This document shows, one piece after another, positions 24,040 to 37,874 of a stretch of 64,000 nucleotides of DNA. How positions within the stretch are numbered: position 1 is the stretch's first letter; every line of letters starts with the position of its first letter. Below the pieces are notes generated by a model that did not search any database, had not been told where the DNA came from, and saw nothing but the letters and a program-made list of their open reading frames with translations. Made by a program: the position numbers and the translations under genes. This stretch comes from Mobula hypostoma (taxonomy: Eukaryota): assembly GCF_963921235.1 (NCBI RefSeq), contig NC_086124.1, positions 27,900,001 to 27,964,000 on the forward strand. The letters run 5' to 3'.

Positions 24040-24740
24040 TACTCTCCTGTAGGAAGAATTTTATTAAATGAATAAGGTGTAAACAGTATGTTACCAAGAC
24101 AAGAGATTATAAGAAACTGGATAGGCTGGGTCTATACCCTCTCAATTGTAGGAGTTTGAAAGGTGACCTTATAAACTTTTGAGGTTTATAAGATCACTCT
24201 TGGAATATTGTGTTCGGCTATGTTTGCTTCATTACAGGAAGGACATCGACACTTTAGAGAGGATGCAGATGAGATTTATCAGAATGTTGTCTGTTCTAGA
24301 GGGCATGTCTTATGAGGACAGCTTAAGCAAGCTAGGGTTTTTCTCTTTGGAGCAAATAAGATGAAAGTTGACTTCATAAAGGTGTAAAATGATAAGAGGT
24401 GTAAAATGATAAGAGGCATAGATCAAGTAGATAGCCAGAAACTCTTTCCCAAGGCCAAAATGCCTAATACAAGAGGGCATAATTTTAAGGTGATTGATGG
24501 GAAGAATGGTGGGAGGGAAGATGTCAGAGATAAGTTTTTACACAGAGTGGTGGGTGTGTGGAATGCACTACCGGGGTGGTGGTAGAGGCAGATACATTAG
24601 GGGCTTTTAAGAAACTCTTAAATAGGTACATGAATGATAGGAAAATGGAGCTCTAAGTGGGAGTGTAGAGGTAGATTGATTAGGAGTAGGTTTAAAGGTC
24701 TGCACAACATCTTGCGCCAGAGGGTCTGACTGTGCTGTAA
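24040..24740 (+). mobile_element. CR1 LINE 3' fragments
   Basis: RSLLEYCVRL...QMRFIRML...GMSYEDSLSKLGFFSLE followed by a CR1-type 3' UTR. Confidence 0.65.
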
Positions 24741-25779
24741 TATTCTGTGAAGTCATAAGGGACATAGAGAAGGTGAATACAATCTTTTTCTCCAGGTTGG
24801 GTAGAAGTGAGAGAGTGAGAAAGAAAGACTTATAAAGGACCTGAGGGGAAACTTGTTCCACACGAAGCCTTGTAGTTATTGGGAATGAGCTGGCAGAGGA
24901 ATATTTGAGGCAGGTATAGTTATGACATTTAAAAGGCCTTTGGGCCAGTAAAGATTAAATGATCTAAAGATTAGCCTCACTTGTCACATGTACATCGAAA
25001 CACATATCGAATCACAAACACAAGAGCTTCTTCGGATGCTGGAAATCCAGAGCAACACTTTGTGTGAACGATGATCACAGACTGAGGATTGCACGGCAGG
25101 CCTAGCCATGCTTTTGAAGCCTTCGTAACATTCCCACATGGATTGGAAAGGTTTAGAGCAGTGGTTCCCTTCCTGGGGTTCTCAGATGCCTTTGTTAATG
25201 GTAGGGGTCCATGGCATAAAACAATGTTGAGAACCCCTGGTTCAGAGGGACATGGACCAAATGCAGGTTTCTGTCCTGCTGTTTGAAGACCCTTGAATCG
25301 TTCCCTAGTTTGACAAGATGGGCTCTGGATCTCACCGTGGGCCTCTCCATGGCCTTACATCTTATTGTCTACCTACTTACACTCTGAAACTGTATCTCTT
25401 TGTTCTGTATTCTATTATTGTTTTATCCTCGTACTACCTCAATGCACAGTTGTAATGAAATGATCTGCATGGATGGCATGTACTGTACCTTCGTTAGGCT
25501 ATTCGCTCAGATTAATTCAGTTCAAGGTGGAAGATTATTTATCGTCATTCTTCAGTACACGAGTGTAAAGGAAAACAAAATGATTGTTATTTCCAGTCCA
25601 ACACAGCACAAAACAATACAATTAGAAGGCCAGTAAATATAAAAGCAATTCTATAAAACAGAATGTACAAGTGAGAGTTTGAGTGCAGCCATATATACTC
25701 AAGATTAGCTTATACACAGGGACTGATTGTATGTACACAAAGTGACAGTAGGTACAGGATTCTGTTATCCTCGGCTTCG

Positions 25780-26240
25780 TAAGTCCAGGGAAGACAATCT
25801 CCGGCCCCGCCAAACATGTGAGACTAAGTCACGAGCCCACCCCGAAACCCCCTGTTTGTGTGTAATTCGTTACCCTGTTACAAATGAGTGCTATGAAATT
25901 ACAGACAGTACAACGCATTCAGTTAAAAGATTTAGCTTTACAATTCTTAACTTGATGAAAGGGTTAGTAAAGAAAGAACAAAAAAAAAAGAAAAGGGCCC
26001 ATTTTTGTGAAGCAGTCTAATGTGCACAGGTTGGACTCTCGGTTTCCCCATCGGTGATCCTCCATCGATCACCCCGGGCTTTGTCGAATCACGGTCCTGC
26101 CCTGGGTCCAATCCTACAGCCTCTTCTCTCCCGCGTCTTGGCTCTTCATCTCTCTCTGACAAGAGCCCCAAGCCCAACCTTAGTATCCCTCACCAGAGAA
26201 ACCTCCCTTAATCCAACCATCCTAATTGGATGGCACACAA
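25780..26240. mobile_element. Probable solo-LTR-like fragment
   Basis: Shares acagacag...tttacaattctta-like blocks with the 44388-45020 element. The termini are not resolved. Confidence 0.35.
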
Positions 26241-27735
26241 TTCTCCTATTTCTTATCTTCAACAATCATCATCATCATCATCAGGTGCTGAGCCCAGTTT
26301 GAGCTTTGACTGCCGTGGCCCACACACTCCTGTTTCGGGTCAAGTGGATCAATTCATTGGTATTCATTTCCAGTTCTCTGGCTGCTGTCCCCATCATCAT
26401 TTGTCTTTGTCTTCCTCTTGCTTTCTTCCCCTCAATCTTTTCCATAATTACCGTGCATTCTAACTCCTCTTTCCTAATCATATGCCCAATGAAGTTACGT
26501 TGCCTTTTCATGATCTCATACATTATTTCTCTTTTTGTGCTTGCTGTGTTCATGACATCCTCGTTAGATATTTGTTTCATTCATGGCATTCTTTGCATCC
26601 TTCTCAAAAAATGCATCTCTGCTGCTTCAATTCATTTCCTCATGTTACTAGATATTGTCCAACATTCTGAGCCATATAACATAACTGGATAAACGTAACA
26701 TTTCAGTGCTCTGAGGTGGGTTGTCATGCCTAGTTTAGTATTGGTCAGTGTACTCTTTGTTCTCGTAAAGGTGTCTTTTGCCATCCCTATTCTTCTTTTG
26801 ATGTCCAAGTCACACCTGCCATCTGATGTCACCCAGCTTCCTAAGTAGCAAAAGTTCTTTACTTGTTTCATGTCTTCCCCATTTATTCTCAGCCTGCAGA
26901 TAGGATTCTACTTCTTTTTGGATATCGCCATACATTCTGTCTTTTTGCAATTGATAGATAGACCCATTTTTGCTTTTTCTTCAACAGTTATATCAATTAA
27001 GTTTTGTAGTTCTTCCTCCGTACTTGCAATTAACACAGTGTCATCTGCATATCTGAAATTATTGATGTTTTCACTGCCAACTTTGATTCCAAAGGTGTCT
27101 CTTATTTTTTGTAATATTGTTTCACTATACACATTAAATAAATCAGGAGAGAAAACACATCCTTGTCTAACGCCTCTCTTGATTTTCGTAAACTGACTCA
27201 CATCGCTATCTATTCTTATAGTGCAGTTCGTTCCCAGTACAGATTTCTGATTAAGCGGAGGTCTTTCGAATCTAGATCTAGAGTTTTCTGTAATATTTCA
27301 AATAACTTATTGTGCTTCATTTTATCAAATGCTTTTGTGTAGTCGATAAAACAAACGATCGTTTTGCACTTGAATAGCTTGTTCTGATAGTATCCTTAAT
27401 ATCAATATTGCATTTCTTGTGCCTTTGTCTTTCACAAAACCACATTGTTCTTTACCTATTTCAGCTTGTATCTTACTTTTAGCTCTTGTCATCAAAATTC
27501 TTAGAAGTATCTTGGTAATATGACTCATTAAACTTATGGTCCTATGTAATTCGCATTCTATTGCTCCAGGTTTCTTAGGAAGAGTGATAAATACTGATTT
27601 TTTCATCTCTTCTCAATTATTCCAGTCTCATAAATGTCATTGATTAAATCCGTAATTTTTCAATTCCATAATCTTCGAGGGAGATAATTTGTTTATTACT
27701 AATTCATCAGGACCTGCTGCCTTTCCTTTCTTCAT

Positions 27736-29879
27736 AGAAACCATAGAAAAACTACAGCACAGAAACAGGCCTTTTGGCCCTTTTTGCCTGTGCTGAACCA
27801 TTTTCTGCCTAGTCCCATTGACCTGCACATGGACCATATCCTCCATACACCTCCCATCCATGTATCTGTCCAATTTATTCTTAAATGTTAAAAAAGAACC
27901 CGCATTTACCACCTCGTCTGGCAGCTCATTCTATACTCCCACCACTCTCTGTGTGAAGAAGCCCCACCTAATGTTCCCTTTAAACTTTTCCCCCCTCACC
28001 CTTAACCCATGTCCTCTGTTTTTTTTTCTCCCCTTGCCTCAGTGGAAAAAGCCTGCTTGCATTCACTCTATCAATACCCATCATAATTTTATATACCTCT
28101 ATCAAATCTCCCCTCATTCTTCTACACTCCAGGGAATAAAGTCCTAACCTATTTAACCTTTCTCTGTAACTGAGTTTCTCAAGTCCTGGCAACATCCTTG
28201 TAAACCTTCTCTGCACTCTTTCAACCTTATTAATATCCTTCCTGTAATTTGGTGACCAAAACTGAACACAATACTCCAGAATCGGCCTCACCAATGTCTT
28301 ATACAACGTCATCATAACATTCCAGCTCTTATTCTCAATACTTTGATTAATAAAGGCCAATGTACCAAAAGCTCTCTTTATGACCCTATCTACCTGTGAC
28401 GCCACTTTTAGGGAATTTTGTATCTGTATTCCCAGATCCCTCTGTTCTACTGCACTCCTCAGTGCCTTACCATTTACCCTGTATGTTCTACCTTGGTTTG
28501 TCTTTCCAAAGTGCGATACCTCACACTTATCTGTATTAAACTCCACCTGCCATTTTTCAGCCCATTTTTCCAGCTGGTCCAAGTCCCTCTGCAGGCTCTG
28601 AAAACTTTCCTCACTGTCCACTACACTTCCAATCTTTGTATCATCAGCAAATTTGCTGATCCAATTTACCACATTATCATCCAGATCATTGATATAGATG
28701 ACAAATAACAATGGACCCAGCACTGATCCCTGTGGCACACCACTAGTCACAGGCCTCCACTCAGAGAAGCAATTCTCTACTACTACTCTTTGGCTTCTTC
28801 CATTGAGCCAATGTCTAATCCAGTTTACCACCTCTCCATGTATACCTAGTGACTGAATTTTCCTAACTAACCTCCCATGCGGGACCTTGTCAAAGGCCTT
28901 ACTGAAGTCCATGTAGACAACATCCACTGCCCTCCCTTCATCCACTTTCCTGGTAACCTCCTCAAAAAACTCCAGTATGACCTATCACACACAAAGCCAT
29001 CTTGACTCTCCCTAATAAGTCCCTGTCTATCCAAATGCTTGTAGATTCTGTCTCTTAGTACTCCCTCCAATAACTTACCCACTACCGACGTCAAACTTAC
29101 TGGCCTCTAATTTCCCGGATTACTTTTCAATCCTTTTTTAAACAATGGAACAACATGAGCCACTCTCCAATCCTCTGGCACCTCACCCATAGACACCGAC
29201 ATTTTAAATATATCTGCCAGGGCCCCTGCAATTTCAACACTAGTCTCCTTCAAGGTCCGAGGGAACACCCTGTCAGGTCCTGGGGATTTATCCACTTTAA
29301 TTTGCCTCAAGATAGCAAGCACCTCCTCCTTTTCAATCTGTACAGTTTCCATGATCTCACTACTTGTTTCCCTTAATTCCATAGACTTCATGCCAGTTTC
29401 CTTAGTAAATACAGACTCAAAAAAACCATTTAAGATCTCCCTCATTTCTTTTGGTTCCGCACATAGCCAACCACTCTGATCTTCAAGAGGACCAATTTTA
29501 TCCCTTACAATCCTTTTGCTCTTAATATACCTGTAAAAGCTCTTTGGATTATCCTTCACTTTGATTGCCAAGGCAACCTCATGTCTTCTTTTAGCCTTCC
29601 CGATTTCTTTCTTAAGTATTTTCTTGCACTTTTTATACTCCTCAAGCACCTTATTTACTCCCTGTTTCCTATACATGTCATACAACTCTCTCTTCTTCTT
29701 TATCAGAGTTGCAATATCCCTTGAGAACCAAGGTTTCTTATTCCTATTCACTTTGCCTTTAATCCTGACAGGAACATACAAGCTCTGCGCTCTCAAAATT
29801 TCTCCTTTGAAGGCTTCCTACTTACCGATCACACCCTTGCCAGAGAACAATCTGTCCCACTCCACGCTTTTTAGATCCT
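27736..29879 (-). mobile_element. 5'-truncated CR1 LINE inserted in the RTE
   Basis: 321-aa RT ORF at 27980-28945 ([32 protein letters not shown]) and a tttctatggtttctat tail. A 5-bp ttcat repeat lies at both junctions (27731-27735, 29880-29884). Confidence 0.9.
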
Positions 29880-30927
29880 TTCATCTTATTTATTGCATTA
29901 CAACCTTCAGATTTTAAAATACTTGGACCTTCAATGTTCTTCTTAATTTCTGGTTTTTCACCTCGATCGTCTTCAAACAATTCCTGAATATACTCAGTTC
30001 ATAATCTGTTCATAATCTCATCTTTTTCCATGATAATGGTACCGTCCTTTGTTTTCAAACATCCACCTGAAGAACAGAGGAGCTTTTTACCAGTGATATT
30101 CTTGATTTGTTGATGTAACCTTTTTGAATCAGTGATAAGGATTCTTTCCATTTGCTCACATTCCTGATTTAACCATTCTTCTTGGCTTTTTGACATAAGC
30201 TTTTAACTTCTTTATCTAAGGACTTATATTCATAGGATTTGCTTTTTACCATCTCCTTTCTTCCATTAGATTTTTGATTTCATCTGTCATCTATTTATTC
30301 TTTGTGCTTTTTTTCTTTTTTGGGAATCACTGACTTTCCTGATTCTACCAAGGCATCCTTTAGAGAGTTAAATTTCATTTCTACATGATTGCTATCATCT
30401 TCAACAGATCCTATTTCTAGACTTTGAAATCTATTCCTTACTTCAATTGTAAATTTTTGTCTTAAGTTTACTTCTTTAATTAATTGCAAGTAGCCAAGGG
30501 ATTGTACAAGTTTTTGCTTGTTTAGTTTTTTAAGTTTTACTTTTACATGACATACTACTGGGTTATGGTCTCTGTTACAGTCTGCACCTGGATATGTTTT
30601 GCATTGAGTCACTGAGTTTCTAAATCTTTGGTTTATAGTAATAAAGTCAATTTGATTTCTAGTGTTATCACCTGGACTTTTCCAGTTCCACAAATGTCTT
30701 GGATGGTTTTTAAAGTAGGTGTTCATAATGACCTGATTATTCATCTTGCACCATTCTACCCATTTGTCACCTCTTTCACTTCTTTCCCCTAGTCCAAATT
30801 TTCCTATGGTATTTCCATCAGCACCTTGTCCTACTTTAGCATTTAGATCTCTCATGACAATAACAATATCTTGCTTGTTCAAGCTCTTCATAGAATTTAT
30901 CTATATCCTCATTTGTTCCATCTGTTG

Positions 30928-33266
30928 TTGAGCAATGAGGAAGGGTTAATTAGCAATCTTGTCGTGAGAGGACCCTTGGGTAAGAGTGACCATAATATGG
31001 TGGAATTCTTCATTAAGATGGAGAGTGACATAGTTAATTCAGAAACAAAGGTTCTGAACTTAAGGAAGGTTAATTTTGAAGGTATGAGACGTGAATTAGC
31101 TAAGATAGACTGGCAAACGACACTTAAAGGGTTGACGGTGGATATGCAATGGCAAGCATTTAAAGATCGCATGGACGAACTACAACAATTGTTCATCCTA
31201 GTTTCACAAAAGAATAAATCAGGGAAGGTAGTGCACCCATGGCTGACATGGGAAATTAGGGATAGTATCAATTCCAAAGAAGAAGCACACAAATTAGCCA
31301 GAAAAAGTGGCTCACCTGAGGACTGGGAGAAATTCAGAGTCCAGTGAGGAGGACAAAGGGCTTAATTAGGAAAGGGAAAGAAAATTATGAGAGAAAACTG
31401 GCAGGGAACATAAAAAGTGACTGTAAAAGCTTCTATAGATATGTGAAAAGAAAAGGATTGGTTAAGACCAATGTAGGTCCCCTACAGACAGAAACAGGTG
31501 AATTGATTATGGGGAGCAAGGACATGGCAGACCAATTGAATAAGTACTTTGGTTCTGTCTTCACTAAGGAGGACATAAATAATCTTCTGGAAATAGTAGG
31601 GGACAGAGGGTCCAGTGAGATGGAGGAACTGAGGGAAATACATGTTAGTAGGGAAGTGGTTTTAGGTAAATTGAAGGAATTAATGGTAGATAAATCCCCA
31701 GGGCCAGATGGTCTGCATCCCAGAGTGCTTAAGGAAGTAGCCCAAGAAATTAGTGATAATTTTTCAGAACTCTTTGGATTCTGGACTAGTTCCTGAGGAT
31801 TGGAGGGTGGTTAATGTAACCCCACTTTTTAAAAAAAGGAAGGAGAGAGAAACCGGGGAATTATAGACCAGTTAGCCTAACATCAGTGGTGGGGAAAATG
31901 CTAGAGTCAGTTATCAAAGATGTGATAACAGCACGTTTGGAAAGCAGTGAAATCATCAGACAAAGTCAGCATGGATTTGTGAAAGGAAAATCATGTCTGA
32001 CGAATCTCATAGAATTTTTTGAAGATGTAACTAGTAGAGTGGATAGGGGAGAACCAGTGGATGTGGAATATTTGAATTTTCAAAAGGCTTTTGACAAGGT
32101 CCCACACAGGAGATTAGTGTGCAAACTTAAAGCACACGGTATTGGGAGTAAGGTATTGATGTGGATAGAGAATTGGTTGGCAGATGGGAAGCAAAGAGTG
32201 GGAATAAACGGGACCTTTTCAGAATGGCAGGCAGTGACTAGTGGGGTACCGCAAGGCTCAGTGCTGGGACCCCAATTGTTTACAATATATATTAATGATT
32301 TAGATGAGGGAATTAAATGCAGCATCTCCAAGTTTGTGGATGACACGAAGCTGGGCGGCAGTGTTAGCTGTGAGGAAGATGCTAAGAGGATGCAGGGTGA
32401 CTTGGATAGGTTAGGTGAGTGGGCAAATTCATGGCAGATGCAATTTAATGTGGATAAATGTGAGGTTATCCACTTTGGTGGCAAAGACAGGAAAACAGAT
32501 TATTATTTGAATGGTGGCCGATTAGGAAAAGGGGAGGTGCAACGAAACCTGGGTGTCATTATACACCAGTCATTGAAAGTGGGCATGCAGGTACAGCAGG
32601 CGGTGAAAAAGGCAAATGGTATGCTGGCATTTATAGCAAGAGGATTTGAGTACAGGAGCAGGGAGGTACTACTGCAGTTGTACAAGGCCTTGGTGAGACC
32701 ACACCTGGAGTATTGTGTGCAGTTTTGGTCCCCTAATCTGAGGAAAGACATCCTTGCCATAGAGGGAGTGCAAAGAAGGTTCACCAGATTGATTCCTGGG
32801 ATGGCAGGACTTTCATATGATGAAAGACTGGATCGACTAGGCTTATACTCATTGGAATTTAGAAGACTGAGGGGGGATCTTATTGAAACGTATAAAATCC
32901 TAAAGGGATTGCACAGGCTAGATGCAGGAAGATTGTTCCCGATGTTGGGGAAGTCCAGAACGAAGGGTCACAGTTTGAGGATAAAGGGGAAGCCTTTTAG
33001 GACCGAGATGAGGAAAAACTTCTTCACACAGAGAGTGGTGAATCTGTGGAATTCTCTGCCACAGAAACAGTTGAGGCCAGTTCATTGGCTATATTTAAAA
33101 GGGAGTTAGATATGGGCCTTGTAGCTAAAGGGGTCAGGGGGTATGGAGGGAAGGCTGGTACAGGGTTCTGAGTTGGATGATCAGCCATGGTCATACTGAA
33201 TGGCGGTGCAGGCTCGAAGGGCTGAATGGCCTACTACTGCACCTATTTTCTATGTTTCTATGCTTC
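30928..33266 (+). mobile_element. 5'-truncated young CR1 LINE inserted in the RTE
   Basis: 407-aa RT ORF at 31886-33109 and a tttctatgtttctatgcttct tail. Highly similar to 55330-57684. Confidence 0.9.
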
Positions 33267-35389
33267 TATACCTGTATAATTGCTAAATCAAATGGTTGTC
33301 CTCTGAATCTAACAAGGAGCACTCTTTCTGATATTGCCCAATGTCCTAAATCACTTTTTAACCATGTTTTCATTCATAAGAATTCCTACTCCATTAGTAT
33401 GGGATGTTCCACAAGAATAAATTAGTGTTTTATTTCTATTCTGACATGTTCCAGCACCTATCCAATGAACTTTGCTAATTCTCATGTTGTTAATCTTTAG
33501 TCTTTCCATTTCACTTATCACATTGTCCAATCTTCCTGCTTGATATAGGGTTCTGACATTCCAAGTGGCAATAATTTTATTTTGCGTTACTTGAATTTTA
33601 TGAGCAGTAGCTTGATGACGGTCGGGGATCCCCTGCTGACCAGAATCAACCCTACCGAGCGAAGCATCTTAGACTTGTCTTGAAGATCCTCTTGACACTG
33701 TTGTTGTGTGATACATTTTGTGAGTTGGACCATGGTTTTCTTAGCAAATAGATTCTAGCAAACCTAGTATCTAGCAACAGTGGTTTGCTATTGCCTACCG
33801 TTGGGCGAACTAAAGAAATCGCCATTTCTCCTCCCAAATGTTCATCCACCTGTACTATAGCCATTGACATCTTCAACAATAAACCAAACATAAGCTGAAA
33901 ACAAGCAGCTCACACAGAAGAGCACAAAATGAAATACAAAACAGCATAACAGTAAAAAAATACGAACCAGGGCATTACATGTACATAAGGTGACTGACAG
34001 GAACAAGGCCTGTTCCCGAGCTGGGTGACTCTGATGGACAGCATAGTCATGATGGGCCACAGGGTCTGCTCCTATGCTGACTGACCTTATTGTGTCAGTG
34101 CACAGACGGTGGGGACACTGTCAGCCACACCCTATTCATCCTTGGTCATCCAGTACGGAGGGGCAGGGAGAAAGGCTGATGCCCCAGTTAATCTGCTCCT
34201 GGTAGCTGGGTAAGATAATTACCTGTGGGTTTTGGAGGTGGGTAGTGGAGGGTTCTGACCAAGCTGATTACCTGGCAATGTTTGAGGGAGAGGGGGATGC
34301 CCGTGCCTGGGCAGATGTGGAAAAATAACATGCACAGTGACGATGGGTAGTACAGAGGTACTTCGAGACCTTTGGGCACTCTGGGGGGTTGGGGCTAAAT
34401 TCTATCCTCGATGAGGATAGGAATGTGTTAGCTTAATCTGTATTAGTCATAATTTGCCCGTTTACGTTTGTAATGCAGTGTATCAGAGCACTGCAGTGGT
34501 TTGAATTGAGAATAAATGTAATTTTGTAAATAGACTGGTGGGGGCGCTGTTGTCAGCAATTTGCCTTGCATTTGTAGAGTTGGCTTCATAACTTCAACAT
34601 AACTTCCATGATGTTAATGATGTAGACAGCTCGGCGTTCAGGATCAGAACTTCCTTGGTACGGTTGACTTCAAAGACAGGGTTTGTGGTGGTTCAGGCCA
34701 CTGATAAAGTCTTCCAACAGTGGAATACGGGCCAGAAATTTCCTGACAGAGAAATCAAAATAGGTGATGTCTTTGCCAATGTAACCAAATCGCAGGCCCG
34801 TTTCTGAGAACCACAGAGCTGTGTAGGAGTCGACTGTCTTCCCTGATGAACACAATTGAGAAGAAGGATAGTTGAAGAGTCGTCTCAAGGGTAGGGTGTG
34901 TTGCGAATGAATTGCATGAAACATGGTGATTTCAATCTTCTGAGTTGCAGGTTCCACCTGACTATAAGTTACAATTTCAATCCATTTGCTCCCATGCTAG
35001 ACAACACACTTGTTAGACCACACTTACGTTGACTGTGTGACTATCAGAAATGGCTGAGAGTATTGGATACAACAAAGTTTACGGGAGCAGAAGCCACCCC
35101 AGCTGTAGTACTGTAGACCAGAGCTAGGCATGCCCCTAATGAATAGTGGGGAGAAGCAAAGGGATCTTGGGGCTCACACCCATAGATCGCTCATGTTTGG
35201 TAGGACGAGTTATCAGATCAGGTTTAATACCACTGGCATATGTCATGTAAATTGTTGATTTGTTGTTTTGTGGCAGCAGTACAATGCAATTATTGACATA
35301 TAAAACTATGAATCACAATAAGAAGGACATATAGAATTAAATAAGTAGTGCAAAAAGAGAGGGAAAATTTCTGAGGTGGTGTTCATGGG

Positions 35390-35880
35390 TTCATTGTCCA
35401 TTCAGAAATCTGATGGAAGAGGGGAAGATTCTGTCCCTGAAACATTGAATGTGCCTACTCGGGCTCCCATACCTCCTCCTTGATGGTAGCAAAGAGAAGA
35501 CATGTCCTCAGTGATGGGGTCCTTTGTGATGGATGCTACCTGCCTGAGGTATCGCCTTTTGAAGATGTCCTGGATGTTGAGGAGGCTAGTGCCCATGATG
35601 CAGCTGGCTGAGTTTACAACTTTCTACAGAGTTTTCTGATCCCGTGTCATGGCCCCTCCATAACAAACTGCGATGCAACCAGTTTGAATGCTCCCCATGG
35701 TACATCTATAGAAATCTGCATGTGTCCTTAGTGACATACCAATTTTCTTCCAACTCCCAATGAAATACAACCGCCATTGAGACTTCTTTGTAAACTGCAT
35801 CAATATGTTGAACCCAGATTAGAGCTTCAGAGATGTTAACACCCAAGAACTGGAAACCGCTCACCTTTCCACTGTTATGC
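35390..35880 (-). mobile_element. Rex1/Babar-type LINE fragment
   Basis: Reverse strand gives FQFLGVNISE and ITKDP...-type motifs. Confidence 0.6.
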
Positions 35881-35904
35881 TTTAAGAAAGGGTACGGTGT
35901 ACTC

Positions 35905-36170
35905 ACCTTCAATTAGTCAGGGAATTTAATTCAAGAGTGAGGAGGTAATGTTGCAGCTCTATTAAACGCTGGTTTGACCCCATTTGGAGTATTGTGTTTA
36001 GTTCTGGTCACCTCATAGGAAGGACATGGAAGCTTTAGAGAGGGTGCAGAGGTGATTTACCGGGATTCTGCCTGGAGTGGTGAGCATGTCTTATGAGAAA
36101 TGACTGAGCGAGCTCAGGCTTTTCTCTTTGGAGCGAAGGAAGGCGAGAGATGACTTCATGGAGGTCTACA
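35905..36170 (+). mobile_element. CR1 LINE fragment
   Basis: gaccccatttggagtattgtgtttagttctggtc (decayed RPHLEYCVQFW). Confidence 0.6.
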
Positions 36171-36224
36171 AGACGATATCAAGCGGATGGTCACTAAATC
36201 TATGCCGTGTTTTTTTCACTTGCC

Positions 36225-37660
36225 TATTTCCTTTAAATCTTTTTATTGAATAAGTATACAAAAAGGTAAACCATATAAACATTAATACAATGTTAAAATA
36301 TAATAAAATTCCAGAAGGTATCAATACCAAAAAAAAATACTACAAACAATGTAATTTAAACATAAAAAACCAAGATAACATAATAGTATACTAAATTTTA
36401 TATATATATCAATGGAAAAAAAAGAAAAAAAAACCCCCAAAAAAAAACACACCGTGCAACTAACTAAAAGCAAAGCAAAGCAATGGGCTAACTTGAAACC
36501 AAACAGAGTTAAACTTAAAATCACGTCTTCAATCCCAACCTCCATTAAAAACAGTGAAAAAAAAACAAGAAGGGTATATATTACATTAAATGAAAGTATC
36601 GAATAAAAGGTCCCCAAATCTGTTCAAATTTAAATGAAGAATCATAAAGGTTGCTTCTAATTTTCTCCAGATTCAAACATAAAATCGTCTGAGAGAACCA
36701 AAAAAAGGTAGTTGGAGCATTAAGCTCTTTCCAATGTTGTAAAATACATCTTTTCGCCATTAAAGTAAGAAATGCGATCATTCTACGGGCTGAAGGGGAA
36801 AGATTACTAGAAATTTTGGAAAGTCCAAAGATAGCAGTAATAGGGTGAGGAGAGATATCTATATTTAATACCTTAGAAATAATATTAAAAATATCTCTCT
36901 AAAAAGTTTCCAAAGTAGGACAAGACCAAAACATATGAGTTAAAGAGGCTATCTGCCCCGAACATCTATCACAAAAAGGATTAATATGCGAGTAAAAACG
37001 CGCTAACTTATCTTTGGACATATGTGCTCTATGAACCACTTTAAATTGAATTAGGGAATGTTTAGCACAAATAGAGGAAGTATTAACTAATTGTAAAATC
37101 TGCCCCCAATCATCCACAGAAATGGTAAGCCCCAATTCCTGTTCCCAATCTACCCTAATCTTATCAAATGGAGCTTTCCTAAGTTTCATAATAATATTAT
37201 AAATCATAGCCGATGCACCTTTCTGACATGGATTAAGGTTAATTATCGAATCTAAAATATATGTAGGAGGAAGCATAGGAAAGGAAGAAAGTATAGTACT
37301 TAGGAAATTTCTAACTTGTAAATATCTAAAAAAATGTATTCTTGATAAATTATATTTATTAGATAATTGTTCAAAAGACATAAGGGAACCATCTAAAAAT
37401 AAATCCAAAAACCGTAAAATACCCTTAGTCTTCCAGGTTTGAAAAGCGCGATCCGTAAAAGAGGGAGGAAAAAATATGTTACCTAAAATAGGAATCGCTA
37501 ACCCCACTTGCCTATTTCAATACTTCAGGTCTTTTGCTTCATTCAATATGATTGGGACTGATACTCTGATCTCAACATATTCTTTCTCTTTCCTTACTCA
37601 TTTGGATAATTTCTACATCCAGAAGTCTAGCTTTCTTCTTAAAGGTAACAATAAAGATTA
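36225..37660 (-). mobile_element. L1-clade LINE 3' fragment with 3' UTR
   Basis: ORFs at 36899-37507 (PPSFTDRAFQTWKTKG, LIQFKVVHRAH, CDRC...HMFWSCP) and 36581-36781 (LMAKRCILQHWK) match the L1 ORF2 C-terminus. An aataaa lies near 36243 on the minus strand. Confidence 0.85.
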
Positions 37661-37855
37661 ATTTGTCACATGTACATTGAAAGCAAACATACAGAGTAAT
37701 ATGTCGTTTGCATTAACAACCAACACAACTTAAGGTCGCCATATATTTTGGCACCAACATAATGTTTATCAGAACAATACGAGCAACAAAACAACAACAG
37801 AACAGCAATAAATCAACAACAACGAAACAGGCTTCATTCCTCCCGACCACCCACT

Positions 37856-37874
37856 CACACACACACACACACAC
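37856..37874. repeat. (CA)n microsatellite
   Basis: Direct reading of the sequence. Confidence 0.9.

Larger units (their letters stand above)
26266..33900 (-). mobile_element. RTE-clade (BovB-like) LINE, near full length, in three pieces (26266-27735, 29880-30920, 33267-~33900)
   Basis: EN N-terminus IIATWNVRTLYQAG (~33560), then AIIQVY|APTTD across the second CR1. EN continues with DLNAKVG and NQIDFIT. NKMK|KGKAAGPD runs across the first CR1. RT motifs are RQGCVFSPDLF and FRYADDTVL, and there is a (CAT)n tail at 26266-26282. Confidence 0.85.
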
